The notes under the pieces are model-generated. The model saw only the letters and a list, made by a program, of their open reading frames with translations. It was not told the DNA's origin and made no database searches. This document shows positions 1-9,216 of a stretch of DNA of 64,000 nt, piece by piece. The stretch comes from an uncultured Candidatus Saccharibacteria bacterium. Lineage in GTDB: Bacteria > Patescibacteriota > Doudnabacteria > UBA920. How positions within the stretch are numbered: the stretch's first letter is position 1; each line of letters begins with the position of its first letter. Position numbers and translations under genes: made by a program. The stretch covers positions 165,609-229,608 of the forward strand of contig CAYYWQ010000001.1 in NCBI GenBank assembly GCA_964474825.1, given 5' to 3'.

Positions 1-154
1 GTTGGGGCAGGAACTGCATGGTCCGTCCGACGAAATGCATATTAATAGAACCCAGGTTTTATTTTATGAAGACCTAAAGACCGACGGCAAAGTGGTGCAG
101 GCAATTCAACAATATAAGCTTGACCCGAACGCCGCCTCTGTTCCGACAAAGTAA
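1..154 (+). CDS. 3' end of conserved hypothetical protein (partial)
   Basis: Frame 2 reads LGQELHGPSDEMHINRTQVLFYEDLKTDGKVVQAIQQYK...TK* with TAA at 152-154; followed by a terminator. Confidence 0.75.
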   Translation, partial: LGQELHGPSDEMHINRTQVLFYEDLKTDGKVVQAIQQYKLDPNAASVPTK

Positions 155-195
155 AAATCTCTGTCGTTTGAGCTTTTTTGCTCCGTGAAACATAT

Positions 196-229
196 AAAAA
201 CCCTTCAACTTTTTTTGAAGGGTTTTTTA
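196..229 (+). terminator. Intrinsic terminator
   Basis: AAAACCCTTCAA-loop-TTGAAGGGTTTTTT hairpin with a T tail. Confidence 0.75.
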
Positions 230-333
230 TTGCATTTTTTTCTCAGTTATGCTATAATGAATTTACATAGATAAGGAAATCCCAAAAAATTTAGCCAAAA
301 TAGCTAATTTTTTTTGTAGAAACAAAAATACAA

Positions 334-3300
334 ATGAATCAAAAAATTTATAAGCTCCTGGGGGCTTGGACAGCTTGCATGCTGGCCATTATATTAATTG
401 GTTTTCAATCCAGTAGCTTTGACAGCTATACGAGTGTTTTAATTTCTGACAGTCCGCAGCTGCATCCAAAAGTTTTAGGAATAACTACAATTGTTTTGCA
501 GCAAGGTTTAAATAGCTACTCCGGCACCGTGGACAGGCAAGTTGGGGGAGCGAGCAATGCCGCGTTTTCCAGTGTGGCCGCGCCTTCAGTTTTTTTGTTT
601 CGCTATGGCGCCCCAAGCAGTTCTGCCAATACCCGTTACAATTATTTGTTGTGGTTTGACGTTTCTTCGATTCCTTCCGATGCCGTTGTTCAATCCGCCA
701 CCTTAACTTTAAAGTCCGGCACCGTGTACGTCCCTGCTACGGTACACGTAAAAAAAATAATTGACCCCAATAATTTAGGGTCACCCTTTACGCAAGGATG
801 GTCAATTGAGGGCAACGCTAATACCACCCAGTTTCGGGTTGGAGGCAATGCGGCGTTCCGAAACCAAACCGGGAGCAGTGCCGGGGTAAAATGGACTACC
901 GCCGACTCCGTAGATGAAAACACTCACATTGAAAATGCGACCGCGGCTGAAGAATCCGGCGCGGCAACAACCTGGAGCAGCAATCAAACTTTTTATGACC
1001 ATGTGGTTACCCAAAGTGTCCAGTCTTGGATTAGCGGTTCTGCCGCTAACCAGGGTTTTTTAATTTACGCGGACGACACTGCCAACATCCAAAACAATCA
1101 CAGCGTGCAAGATGTTACTTTAGACAACCGCCCGAAGCTTACCATTATTTATAGTTCTTCTGCTTCCGTGGCCCCAACTCCTACTCCAACACCAACACCA
1201 ACGCCCACGCCAACACCTACGCCGACCCCAACTCCAACACCTTCCGGAGGCTCCGGAATTAGTCCGGTGTCCAATTCTTCATTTGAAGGTTTTGGTACCA
1301 ACAGTGGGGGAGTGTCTGGCAGTGTTGTCTGGGTTACTAACTTAAACAACAGTGGTGCAGGTTCCCTGCGCGACGCAGTCGCGAATGGCAGGAGTAATGT
1401 TTTGGTGAAATTTTCCGTAGCCGGGACAATTAATTTATCTACGGACTTAGTAGTCACGGGAAACCACGTAACTATAGACGGATTTTCTGCTCCCGCTCCC
1501 GGCATAACAGTTACCGCGACTGACAATGTTTTTGTCATTTCCGGTAACCCCCAAGGTCCGGATTCCACGGGTTCCAATATTGTAATTCAGGGATTAAAAA
1601 TAAGGAGCCCAGGGGGTGACGGTTTCCAAATTGCTTATAATGCCCACGACATAGTAATTGACCATAACTCCATTTATAACACCGGTGACGGTAATGTGGA
1701 TGTTACGGAAGGGGCTTATAATGTAACGGTGTCTTGGAACATAATGTATAAAAGCGGGCCCGGGGCTTCACTCCTCTCGACTGACGCTTCCAGGGTTTCC
1801 TACCATCATAATATTTTTTACGGCAATACGGACCGCAACCCCATAATCACCTCAACCAAAACGCGCAATTATTCAACCGGTCCGGCGCATACCGGCCCTG
1901 AGGCGGATATTCGCTATAACATTATGTGGGATTATGGTATTGGTACTTACTTCCTTTCCACTACAGATTCTTTAGCCACCGGAAATTCCGTGGCCAATTT
2001 GTATAAAAATAACGGCGTAACTAATCCCAGCGATGTCATTGTAAGGGCCCGTTTGTCGGGTACTGTTAATACCAACCGGGCGGATGTTTACGTTGCGGGG
2101 AACGTTTGCGTGCATGATTGCCGTGGTACAGCCTATTCTTACAACAATCTGGATGCGGCCTTTGCTTTTCTTACTGCGAACTCCCAGAACAACCAGTCCG
2201 CGGCCTTTACCGCGCCGACTATTTCCGGTCCTGCCGCCGGAGACCAGCAGGGTAAAATAACAGAATGGACAAAAGTTAAAAATGAGGCCGGAGTCGGTTT
2301 GATGTTTGCCGATGACGCCCCTGACGCAATTGTCCACTCCAATGTCTCAATTCCCGCAGCCACAATTTTTACTCAAACTTGGAACAGTGACTCTGGTTCC
2401 GTAGTTTCGCCCACTCCTACTCCCACCCCAACGCCGACTCCTACACCTACCGCAACCCCCACGCCGACCCCAACACCAAATCCGACCCCTACCCCGGACA
2501 TTACCGCCCCTGTTTTTTCCAATTTAGTCGGTAGTAATATTTTAACTACCTCTGCCGTGATTTCCTGGATAACAAACGAATCTGCGGACACTCAAGTGGA
2601 ATATGGGAAAACCACTTCTTACGGATCCTCTACGGTACTGGGTTCCTCTTTAATATTAAATCACTCAGTAACACTACTCGGTCTTTCGCCGAGTACCCTA
2701 TATCATTTTCGGGTAAAGTCCAGGGACGGCAGCGGTAACTTAGCCGTGTCAGCGGATTTTTCCTTTACAACCCAAGTCTTGGTAATCCCAACTCCCACAC
2801 CAACGCCCACTCCTACTCCAACTCCGGGACCAGGATCTCCAACCCCAACACCTACTCCAGGTTCGGGATCGCCAACCCCGACCCCGACCGCAGTCCCAAC
2901 AACTGCCCCCACAACTGGGTCTTCCGGTGGAGGCGGGGGGTCTTATGGCGGCGTGTCTGTTCCCACTACTATAGTTTTCATTCCGCCTTCCACCACGGTT
3001 TCCATGCCTCCGGTTTCAAACGGCACTACCAGCTCAGGCCTTAAGCTTGTAAACGACAAAGGAACTTATTATTTAATTCAAGATGGTAAACGCCAGGGCA
3101 TTACTAATCCGGGTATGCTTTATAGTTATGGCTTTAGTTTTAGCGACGCGAAACCGGCCACAGTCCAAGACCAGGCGTTGCCGGAAGGCGGCTTAATTTC
3201 GCCCGCGGACGGCAGTCTGGTTAAGAGCAAAGAAGACCCCACTGTCTATTTAATTTCCAATGCCCAAAGGTATGCCTTTGTGTCAGCCCAAGTCTTCACA

Positions 3301-3594
3301 GATTTAGGCTTTAAGTTTTCCTCAGTTTTAGTTGTCACTAATCCGGAATTGCAAATACTTTCCAGGGCTAACAATTTATCAAACTCCGCCCTTGCCCACC
3401 TTCCGGGTTTTGACATTAACCAAAGCGGCACTATTTACTGGATAGGTTACGACGGCAAAAAATATCCTTACCCGTCCCTACAAGTCTACAACTCCTGGCA
3501 CATAGACAATGACTTTAGCAGGGTTGTCCCTGCGAATGATGCAGATAAAAATATTCCTACAGGAGACAAGGTAAGTGAGAGGGTAGTGGAGTGA
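334..3594 (+). CDS. Large secreted surface protein: DNRLRE-like N-domain, pectate-lyase-like beta-helix, PT linkers, Fn3-like domain, repeated C-terminal module
   Basis: Signal-like N-terminus; VTNLNNSGAGSLRDAV and DHNSI...DGNVD pectate lyase-like motifs; Fn3-like SAVISW...GLSPSTLYHFRVKSRD; C-terminal GSLVKSKEDPTVYLI module. Confidence 0.8.
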   Translation: MNQKIYKLLGAWTACMLAIILIGFQSSSFDSYTSVLISDSPQLHPKVLGITTIVLQQGLNSYSGTVDRQVGGASNAAFSSVAAPSVFLFRYGAPSSSANTRYNYLLWFDVSSIPSDAVVQSATLTLKSGTVYVPATVHVKKIIDPNNLGSPFTQGWSIEGNANTTQFRVGGNAAFRNQTGSSAGVKWTTADSVDENTHIENATAAEESGAATTWSSNQTFYDHVVTQSVQSWISGSAANQGFLIYADDTANIQNNHSVQDVTLDNRPKLTIIYSSSASVAPTPTPTPTPTPTPTPTPTPTPTPSGGSGISPVSNSSFEGFGTNSGGVSGSVVWVTNLNNSGAGSLRDAVANGRSNVLVKFSVAGTINLSTDLVVTGNHVTIDGFSAPAPGITVTATDNVFVISGNPQGPDSTGSNIVIQGLKIRSPGGDGFQIAYNAHDIVIDHNSIYNTGDGNVDVTEGAYNVTVSWNIMYKSGPGASLLSTDASRVSYHHNIFYGNTDRNPIITSTKTRNYSTGPAHTGPEADIRYNIMWDYGIGTYFLSTTDSLATGNSVANLYKNNGVTNPSDVIVRARLSGTVNTNRADVYVAGNVCVHDCRGTAYSYNNLDAAFAFLTANSQNNQSAAFTAPTISGPAAGDQQGKITEWTKVKNEAGVGLMFADDAPDAIVHSNVSIPAATIFTQTWNSDSGSVVSPTPTPTPTPTPTPTATPTPTPTPNPTPTPDITAPVFSNLVGSNILTTSAVISWITNESADTQVEYGKTTSYGSSTVLGSSLILNHSVTLLGLSPSTLYHFRVKSRDGSGNLAVSADFSFTTQVLVIPTPTPTPTPTPTPGPGSPTPTPTPGSGSPTPTPTAVPTTAPTTGSSGGGGGSYGGVSVPTTIVFIPPSTTVSMPPVSNGTTSSGLKLVNDKGTYYLIQDGKRQGITNPGMLYSYGFSFSDAKPATVQDQALPEGGLISPADGSLVKSKEDPTVYLISNAQRYAFVSAQVFTDLGFKFSSVLVVTNPELQILSRANNLSNSALAHLPGFDINQSGTIYWIGYDGKKYPYPSLQVYNSWHIDNDFSRVVPANDADKNIPTGDKVSERVVE

Positions 3595-3596
3595 CC

Positions 3597-3707
3597 TCTC
3601 TACTAAATACTAAAATAACTAAAAATACTAAAGCTATAATATTCCATATTACTATAATTTCTGGTTTCGTATTTAGTACATTTAGTCTACTTTAGTATTT
3701 AGTAGAA
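3597..3707. repeat. MITE-like element family A (TCTACTAAATACTAAA...TTTAGTATTTAGTAGA), copy 1
   Basis: 16-bp terminal inverted repeats; similar ends at 50883-51008 and 58146-58270, and a half copy at 44901. Confidence 0.8.
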
Positions 3708-3715
3708 ATAATTTT

Positions 3716-6700
3716 ATGGATAAAATTATAAAAACCAACATGCATCCAAGAATAAAAATCCTAGCAGCTTTTGCCGGCACCTTGTTAGTCATGCTTATGC
3801 TCGGAGTGCAAACTTCGGACACCCTTTTGTATGTTGATAATATTTTAACTTCTACTGAATTAAACCAGCAGGGGAGAGTGTTAGGAGTTCAAACTGTAAC
3901 TTTTCAGCAGGGCAATAACGGCTACAGCGGTAATACTTCTGTGCAAATTTTTGGCCGGGCTCAGAACATTGGATATGACTACCAAACGTATAGGTATACC
4001 GGTTCCCTGCGTTATTATAATTTTGAACATTTTAATTTAGGAAATACTTCGTCATGGCAAAATGTTGTAAGCGCTAAGCTTAAACTGTATCGCACAGGGG
4101 GAAATGTTTATGCTCCTGCGGGAGTAAAAGTTTATTTAAGAAGAATAAATGACCCCGACAATTTAGGTTCTTCTTACGCAACCGGTTGGAAGGTAACGGC
4201 TGCGGACGGTTACCGAAACGGGGCTAACCAGGAATCTCGGGACGACTCCGTTAGTCCCGATGTTAAGTGGCAAAGTTCTGATCCAAGTTCCCCCGATGAT
4301 TTAGGCAATGACTATCTTCAAAATGTTTTAAAGCCCCTGGCCCAGTCTCCGTATTTTGTTCCAGCGCAGTCCGACCCTGTTGGCACCGAGTATATTTTGG
4401 ACGTTACGGACGATGTGGAATGTTTTAGGAGCGGGAATTGCAAAAACGAAGGTTGGACAACATATCATGAGGACGCGGCTAACATCCAAAATTTTATTGG
4501 CAACTCTCGGGCTGCTACGGCCAGTTACCGTCCATTGCTTGAGGTAACATTTACCAGTGGTGTTGTTTCCCCGACCCCGACGCCCACACCAACGCCAACA
4601 CCGACCCCAACTCCTACAGTAACACCAACTCCAACTCCCACTCCCACAGCAACCCCCACCGCATCGGTAACCCCAACCCCGACGCCTACAATTATTAGTA
4701 GTAGCGGTTTTTGGTATATTCGTCCAGACGGCGGCGACAGAAGCCAGTGTAACGGGCAAGTGGACGCATCATACCCGGGCAGCGGCACAAACCAGCCTTG
4801 CGGCTTTAAACACCCAAACTATCTTTTCACTACTGATCCCGGTGTCGGCCAGCCCGCAGAAATACCGACTTGGGTTATCGCGGGAGGGGATACTGTTATT
4901 ATTAAAAGAGGCGAATACCGAATCGGTTTTAAAATAAACGAAATCAAAGGCCACTGGAACTTTAAAGGTTGTCCTGGTGACGCCCCTAATTGTTTTAATC
5001 CCACTATTCCTGGCGGAACTGTTCAGAAACCGACTCGGATTTTAGGGGAAGGTTGGCAAAATCCTGATTCAGTAAAACCAAAATTAATGGGGGGAGTTTG
5101 GGTTGGCGCGGTTTTAAACCTAAAAGGAGCAAAAAATGTGGTAGTTGAAAATTTGGAAATCTCAGATTATGCACAATGCACTCCTACATCAAGCGGCCCC
5201 GATTTGTGTGTCCGCAGCGGCTTTCCCAAAAGCGACGCCGGACAAAACGGTATTGTTATAGACGCAAACACCGATAACCTAACATTACGTAATTTGAATA
5301 TCCACGGGCTTGCATCGGGTGGAATTTTTGGAGCTAATGCGGGTACTATAACAGCTGAAAATGTGCGTATTGCCGGTATTTCAAGTGGTGGTTGGAACTC
5401 CGATGATCCGGGTGATACATATGTAACCGGTACCCTAAATATAAAAAACCTACTATTAGAGTGGAGCGGCTGTGTGGAAGAATACCCTATAAGGAGCGCT
5501 TTGCCTTACTACAAATGTTATGACCAAGGCCATACTGGTTTTGGAGATGGCTTTGGTATTTTGGTTGGTGAAGGGGCCAAAATAAATATCGACCGTTCTG
5601 TTATACGCAATAATGTCCAAGATGGATTGGATATTCTTTATGTGCAAGGTAAGACCCCGGAAATAAAAATTACAAACTCCGCGTCTTACGCCAATGGTGG
5701 CCAGCAATGGAAATTTGGCCCGTTTAAAAAAGTGGATTTCTACAATAATTTAACCATCTCTAATTGTCGTCGAGGCGCCGAGGGTATGCCTGGACTGCCT
5801 GCAACTTTCAACGAAAATTTCACCGAATATTGCCGGGCTTTTGATGGGGTAATTTTAGCCTTCAAAGATGACGGCGTGGTAAATTGGTATAACAATACCT
5901 TTGTTGGCTATAATTCAACTATTTTTGACCTTCAGAGTGAAGTGGCTAATGAGGTATTTGATTCAAACGGAAGGCGTGGCGTGCTGCCAATAAAATCATC
6001 CACCATTTCTTCCAGTATAGAAAGATTGTTTCCTGACCCAAGTATAAAGCCGGATGGTAAACGTAAAACTTTTGACCTAAGCTATCTTCCTTTTGATATT
6101 ACCTATGCGGGGGTCAAGGTTAATGGAGTCAATCAAACTTCTGGAGAGCCAGGAAAGGACGCGTCGGCCGTGTGGTGGTGGAGCCCAGCAACTAAAACTC
6201 TCACTCAGGATCCTTCCGCTCCGGCTCTTGCCTCCAACGATGTCTTGTCTGTGATCTACACCCCTAAAGGATGGGCTGATAATGCCCGCTTTAATTATGG
6301 CAATAATATTTTCCGTGGCTATACCCGTTTGTTCAATACGTTGGTTCCTCCCAATTTGTTTTATACTTTTGGTGTAGACTTGGATAAGCTTATGCCTGCA
6401 ACGACCCGTAGAAAAAATTTAATTTGCGGTGTTCGTACGGTGGGCTGGAAGCCCGCGGCGGAAGAAACTTATTTAACCAGTTGCCCTGGAACGTGGCTAA
6501 AAAACGAACCGATGTCATTCACTAAAGAAAGTGATTTGGATGTTTTGGATTTAAGGTGGGCTGCCAATTCACCGGCAAAAGGCGCGGGGATTGACCTTGG
6601 TATTGGCCTTGGGCCAAATATTGGTGCCAACGTAGATTTGGTCGTTGCAAGTTTTCCTCCGTCTCCAACCCCCACCCCCATAGTAACCCCAACCCCTTCA

Positions 6701-7795
6701 TCAACTCCTACCCCCACACCAACCCCAACTCCCACTCCCACATCTATCCCAACTCCAACCCCGGACATCACTGCTCCTGTAATCTCTAACCTAAGAGGTA
6801 GTTTAATTACTTCCTCTTCTGCAGTCATTTCCTGGAATACCAATGAGAATTCGAACACTCAGGTAGAATATGGATTAACCAATAGTTATGGAGCCTCTAG
6901 TTCCCTGGTTACTTCACTAGCCCTTGGTCATTCAGTAACCCTCATAGGATTATCTCCTAATACTTTGTATCACTTTAGGGTTAAATCTAAAGACGGTGCT
7001 GGTAATTTAGCAGTATCTGCAGACTTTAGCTTTACCACAGAAGCTACAGTTGTTCCCACCCCAACTCCTTCAGTTACACCAACCCCAACTCCTACTGTTA
7101 CTACTAGCCAAGACCCAAATGCTACTCCCACCCCAACCCCAGTCCCAACAGTAACTCCAACCCCTGTGCCAACCCCCACTCCTAAAGTCATTGTCTTCAT
7201 CCCTCCTGCTACTATTCCTTCACAGATTGTATCCACTAGGTTCAAACTAATAGACCAAAAAGGTACGTTCTATGTAGTGGCAGATGGAGAGCGAAGGGGA
7301 GTAACTAACCCTGGCATGCTCTACAGCTATGGCTTAAGCTTTGCCGATGCCAAACCAGCCACAGAAGCAGAACAAACTTTTCCTGAAGCAGGGTTGATTC
7401 TTCCGGCTGACGGCAGTTTAGTTAAAAGCCAAGAAGACCCAACGGTTTACCTCATCACCCAGGGACAAAGATTTGCTTTTGTTTCAGCCAAAGTCTTCTT
7501 AGGTCTTGGCTTTAAGTTTAACTCTGTATTAGTTGTTACCAATCCTGAGCTTCAGTCTATGGCAAAGGCAGACAACTTAACTAATGAAGCCATGCCTCAC
7601 CCTTCAGGCTTTGACATTAACGACAAAGGAACTGTCTACTGGATAGGTTATGACGGCAAGAAGTACCCTTACCCGTCCCTTTCTGTTTACAACTCCTGGC
7701 ACATAGACAATGACTTTAGCAGGGTTGTTCCTGCTAACACGGCAGATCGTAATCTCCCTACGGGAGAGAATGTTAGTGAGAGGGTAGTGGAGTAG
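3716..7795 (+). CDS. Paralogous large surface protein with a right-handed beta-helix domain, PT linkers, Fn3-like and C-terminal modules
   Basis: Same N- and C-terminal architecture as 334-3594 but a different central domain (WYIRPDGG...C...C, DGLD beta-helix motifs). Confidence 0.8.
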   Translation: MDKIIKTNMHPRIKILAAFAGTLLVMLMLGVQTSDTLLYVDNILTSTELNQQGRVLGVQTVTFQQGNNGYSGNTSVQIFGRAQNIGYDYQTYRYTGSLRYYNFEHFNLGNTSSWQNVVSAKLKLYRTGGNVYAPAGVKVYLRRINDPDNLGSSYATGWKVTAADGYRNGANQESRDDSVSPDVKWQSSDPSSPDDLGNDYLQNVLKPLAQSPYFVPAQSDPVGTEYILDVTDDVECFRSGNCKNEGWTTYHEDAANIQNFIGNSRAATASYRPLLEVTFTSGVVSPTPTPTPTPTPTPTPTVTPTPTPTPTATPTASVTPTPTPTIISSSGFWYIRPDGGDRSQCNGQVDASYPGSGTNQPCGFKHPNYLFTTDPGVGQPAEIPTWVIAGGDTVIIKRGEYRIGFKINEIKGHWNFKGCPGDAPNCFNPTIPGGTVQKPTRILGEGWQNPDSVKPKLMGGVWVGAVLNLKGAKNVVVENLEISDYAQCTPTSSGPDLCVRSGFPKSDAGQNGIVIDANTDNLTLRNLNIHGLASGGIFGANAGTITAENVRIAGISSGGWNSDDPGDTYVTGTLNIKNLLLEWSGCVEEYPIRSALPYYKCYDQGHTGFGDGFGILVGEGAKINIDRSVIRNNVQDGLDILYVQGKTPEIKITNSASYANGGQQWKFGPFKKVDFYNNLTISNCRRGAEGMPGLPATFNENFTEYCRAFDGVILAFKDDGVVNWYNNTFVGYNSTIFDLQSEVANEVFDSNGRRGVLPIKSSTISSSIERLFPDPSIKPDGKRKTFDLSYLPFDITYAGVKVNGVNQTSGEPGKDASAVWWWSPATKTLTQDPSAPALASNDVLSVIYTPKGWADNARFNYGNNIFRGYTRLFNTLVPPNLFYTFGVDLDKLMPATTRRKNLICGVRTVGWKPAAEETYLTSCPGTWLKNEPMSFTKESDLDVLDLRWAANSPAKGAGIDLGIGLGPNIGANVDLVVASFPPSPTPTPIVTPTPSSTPTPTPTPTPTPTSIPTPTPDITAPVISNLRGSLITSSSAVISWNTNENSNTQVEYGLTNSYGASSSLVTSLALGHSVTLIGLSPNTLYHFRVKSKDGAGNLAVSADFSFTTEATVVPTPTPSVTPTPTPTVTTSQDPNATPTPTPVPTVTPTPVPTPTPKVIVFIPPATIPSQIVSTRFKLIDQKGTFYVVADGERRGVTNPGMLYSYGLSFADAKPATEAEQTFPEAGLILPADGSLVKSQEDPTVYLITQGQRFAFVSAKVFLGLGFKFNSVLVVTNPELQSMAKADNLTNEAMPHPSGFDINDKGTVYWIGYDGKKYPYPSLSVYNSWHIDNDFSRVVPANTADRNLPTGENVSERVVE

Positions 7796-7801
7796 AAAAA
7801 T

Positions 7802-7836
7802 AAAAAAATCCCCGTCACATATGTGACGGGGATTTT
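7802..7836. terminator. Bidirectional terminator
   Basis: AAAATCCCCGTCACA-TA-TGTGACGGGGATTTT between convergent genes. Confidence 0.85.
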
Positions 7837-7843
7837 AAATATT

Positions 7844-8191
7844 CTACTTAACTAAACTTTTTACCATTTTGTCGAACTCTGTTGGGTATTGGACAGCAAG
7901 TTCGGCAAGCATTTTGCGGTTAATGAGAATGTTTTCTTTTTTCAAAAGTCCGGCAAACTTGCTCCAAGTGGTTCCGTTTTCTCTTAATGCGGCGTTGGTT
8001 CTAATGAGCCAAAGAGCACGGAAGTCGCGTTTCTTGTTGCGACGGTCGCGGTAGGCGTATTTGTCGGCATGAAGTAACGCTTCCCGGGCTAAAGGAAAAT
8101 TAGTAGAGCGGCGGTTGTCAAAACCCTTGGCTCTCTTAAGTAAATTTTTTCTGCGTTTGTGTGCGGCAACTCCGCGTTTGATTCTTGTCAT
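7844..8191 (-). CDS. rplT: 50S ribosomal protein L20
   Basis: MTRIKRG...AYRDRRNKKRDFRALW signature; operon context. Confidence 0.97.
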   Translation of the reverse strand: MTRIKRGVAAHKRRKNLLKRAKGFDNRRSTNFPLAREALLHADKYAYRDRRNKKRDFRALWLIRTNAALRENGTTWSKFAGLLKKENILINRKMLAELAVQYPTEFDKMVKSLVK

Positions 8192-8193
8192 AT

Positions 8194-8268
8194 GGTTAGC
8201 TGGTAGCTTGTAGGGGGTAGCTGGTAGGCCTGCATTGCTACAGACTACTAACTACTTCCTACTGGCTA
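8194..8268. repeat. Heptamer-periodic palindromic element (family B), copy 1
   Basis: GGTAGCTTGTAG...CTACTAACTACTTCCTACTGGCTA, nearly identical to 8465-8537. Confidence 0.85.
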
Positions 8269-8460
8269 CTTGTAGGGAATTATACTCTTTAATTTATTGT
8301 GGCTTTTGTGGAGCAGTTGGTCACGGCGTTTGTTGGTAGTGGTTTTGCCGGATTCGCGGGAATTAAAATGACCCTGGCCTGTTGATCTTGCAATCAATTT
8401 TCCGGTCTTGGTCTTCTTTATTCTCTTGGCTGTTCCTTGGTGGGTTTTAACTTTGGGCAT
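8266..8460 (-). CDS. rpmI: 50S ribosomal protein L35
   Basis: MPKVKTHQGTAKRIKKTKTGKL signature, between infC and rplT. Confidence 0.95.
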   Translation of the reverse strand: MPKVKTHQGTAKRIKKTKTGKLIARSTGQGHFNSRESGKTTTNKRRDQLLHKSHNKLKSIIPYK

Positions 8461-8464
8461 AGTT

Positions 8465-8537
8465 TTAGTTGGTAGCTTGTAGTGAGTAGCTGGTAGGCCT
8501 GTATTGCTACAAGCTACTAACTACTTCCTACTGGCTA
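8465..8537. repeat. Heptamer-periodic palindromic element (family B), copy 2
   Basis: Near-identical to 8194-8268; contains the infC stop codon. Confidence 0.85.
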
Positions 8538-9041
8538 TTTAGTTGGTGCTATTGTTATGCTCCAGGTGCCGCCCATTCTTTTAACCGGGACGTCTACTCT
8601 GTGAGCCACTGTTACCATTTTAATAAATTTTTCCAATTGCTGTTTTCCTAAGTCTCCAAAAGCCTGTTCACGGCCGCGCATACGGAGTTCTATTTTAACC
8701 ACATTGCCGTCTGCCAAAAATTCCATAACTTTGGCGGCTTTAATTCCCATGTCGTGTTCGCTTATGCGTACACTAATCCAAATGGTTTTAAGCTCTACCT
8801 TTTTGGCGTTCTTTTTTTGCTGTTGTTCCAGCTTCTTTTGCTGATAGCGGAACTTGGCAAAATCTATAAGTTTGCAAACAGGCGGGTTAGCTAAGGGCGA
8901 TACTTCCACTAAATCTAGCCCATTTTCCTGGGCTAAAGTCAGCGCTTCGCCTAAACGCATAACGCCAATCTGTTTGCCGTCGTCGCTTATAACTCGGACG
9001 TCGCCGGCTTTAATTTGATGGTTAACTCGGGTCTTTTGCAA
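8535..9041 (-). CDS. infC: Translation initiation factor IF-3 (TTG start)
   Basis: RVNHQI...LDLVEVSP...PPVCKLIDF...GRE motifs. Confidence 0.96.
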   Translation of the reverse strand: MQKTRVNHQIKAGDVRVISDDGKQIGVMRLGEALTLAQENGLDLVEVSPLANPPVCKLIDFAKFRYQQKKLEQQQKKNAKKVELKTIWISVRISEHDMGIKAAKVMEFLADGNVVKIELRMRGREQAFGDLGKQQLEKFIKMVTVAHRVDVPVKRMGGTWSITIAPTK

Positions 9042-9098
9042 AGTTTTTGTCTTTAAGACTTGTATAACATTCTAGCAATTATAAGGATTTTTGTCAAA

Positions 9099-9210
9099 CC
9101 CCGTAGAATCACATGGCAAACTATTTGTTATCAAAGTTAAACTTTCAGTTACCTTTTTCTATATAAATAAAATTTTGTGTACCGCTGGATTGCCATGTAG
9201 CTCTACGGGG
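9099..9210. repeat. Inverted-repeat element (family C)
   Basis: CCCCGTAGA-atc-ACATGGCAA ... TTGCCATGT-agc-TCTACGGGG; 18 of 21 positions complementary. Confidence 0.65.
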
Positions 9211-9216
9211 CAAAGG

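Noticed and set aside
1168-7185. Tandem repeats that might be a CRISPR array or VNTR
   Set aside because: They encode Pro-Thr linkers with synonymous variation; there is no repeat-spacer structure and no cas gene. The antisense GVGVGV ORFs are shadows.
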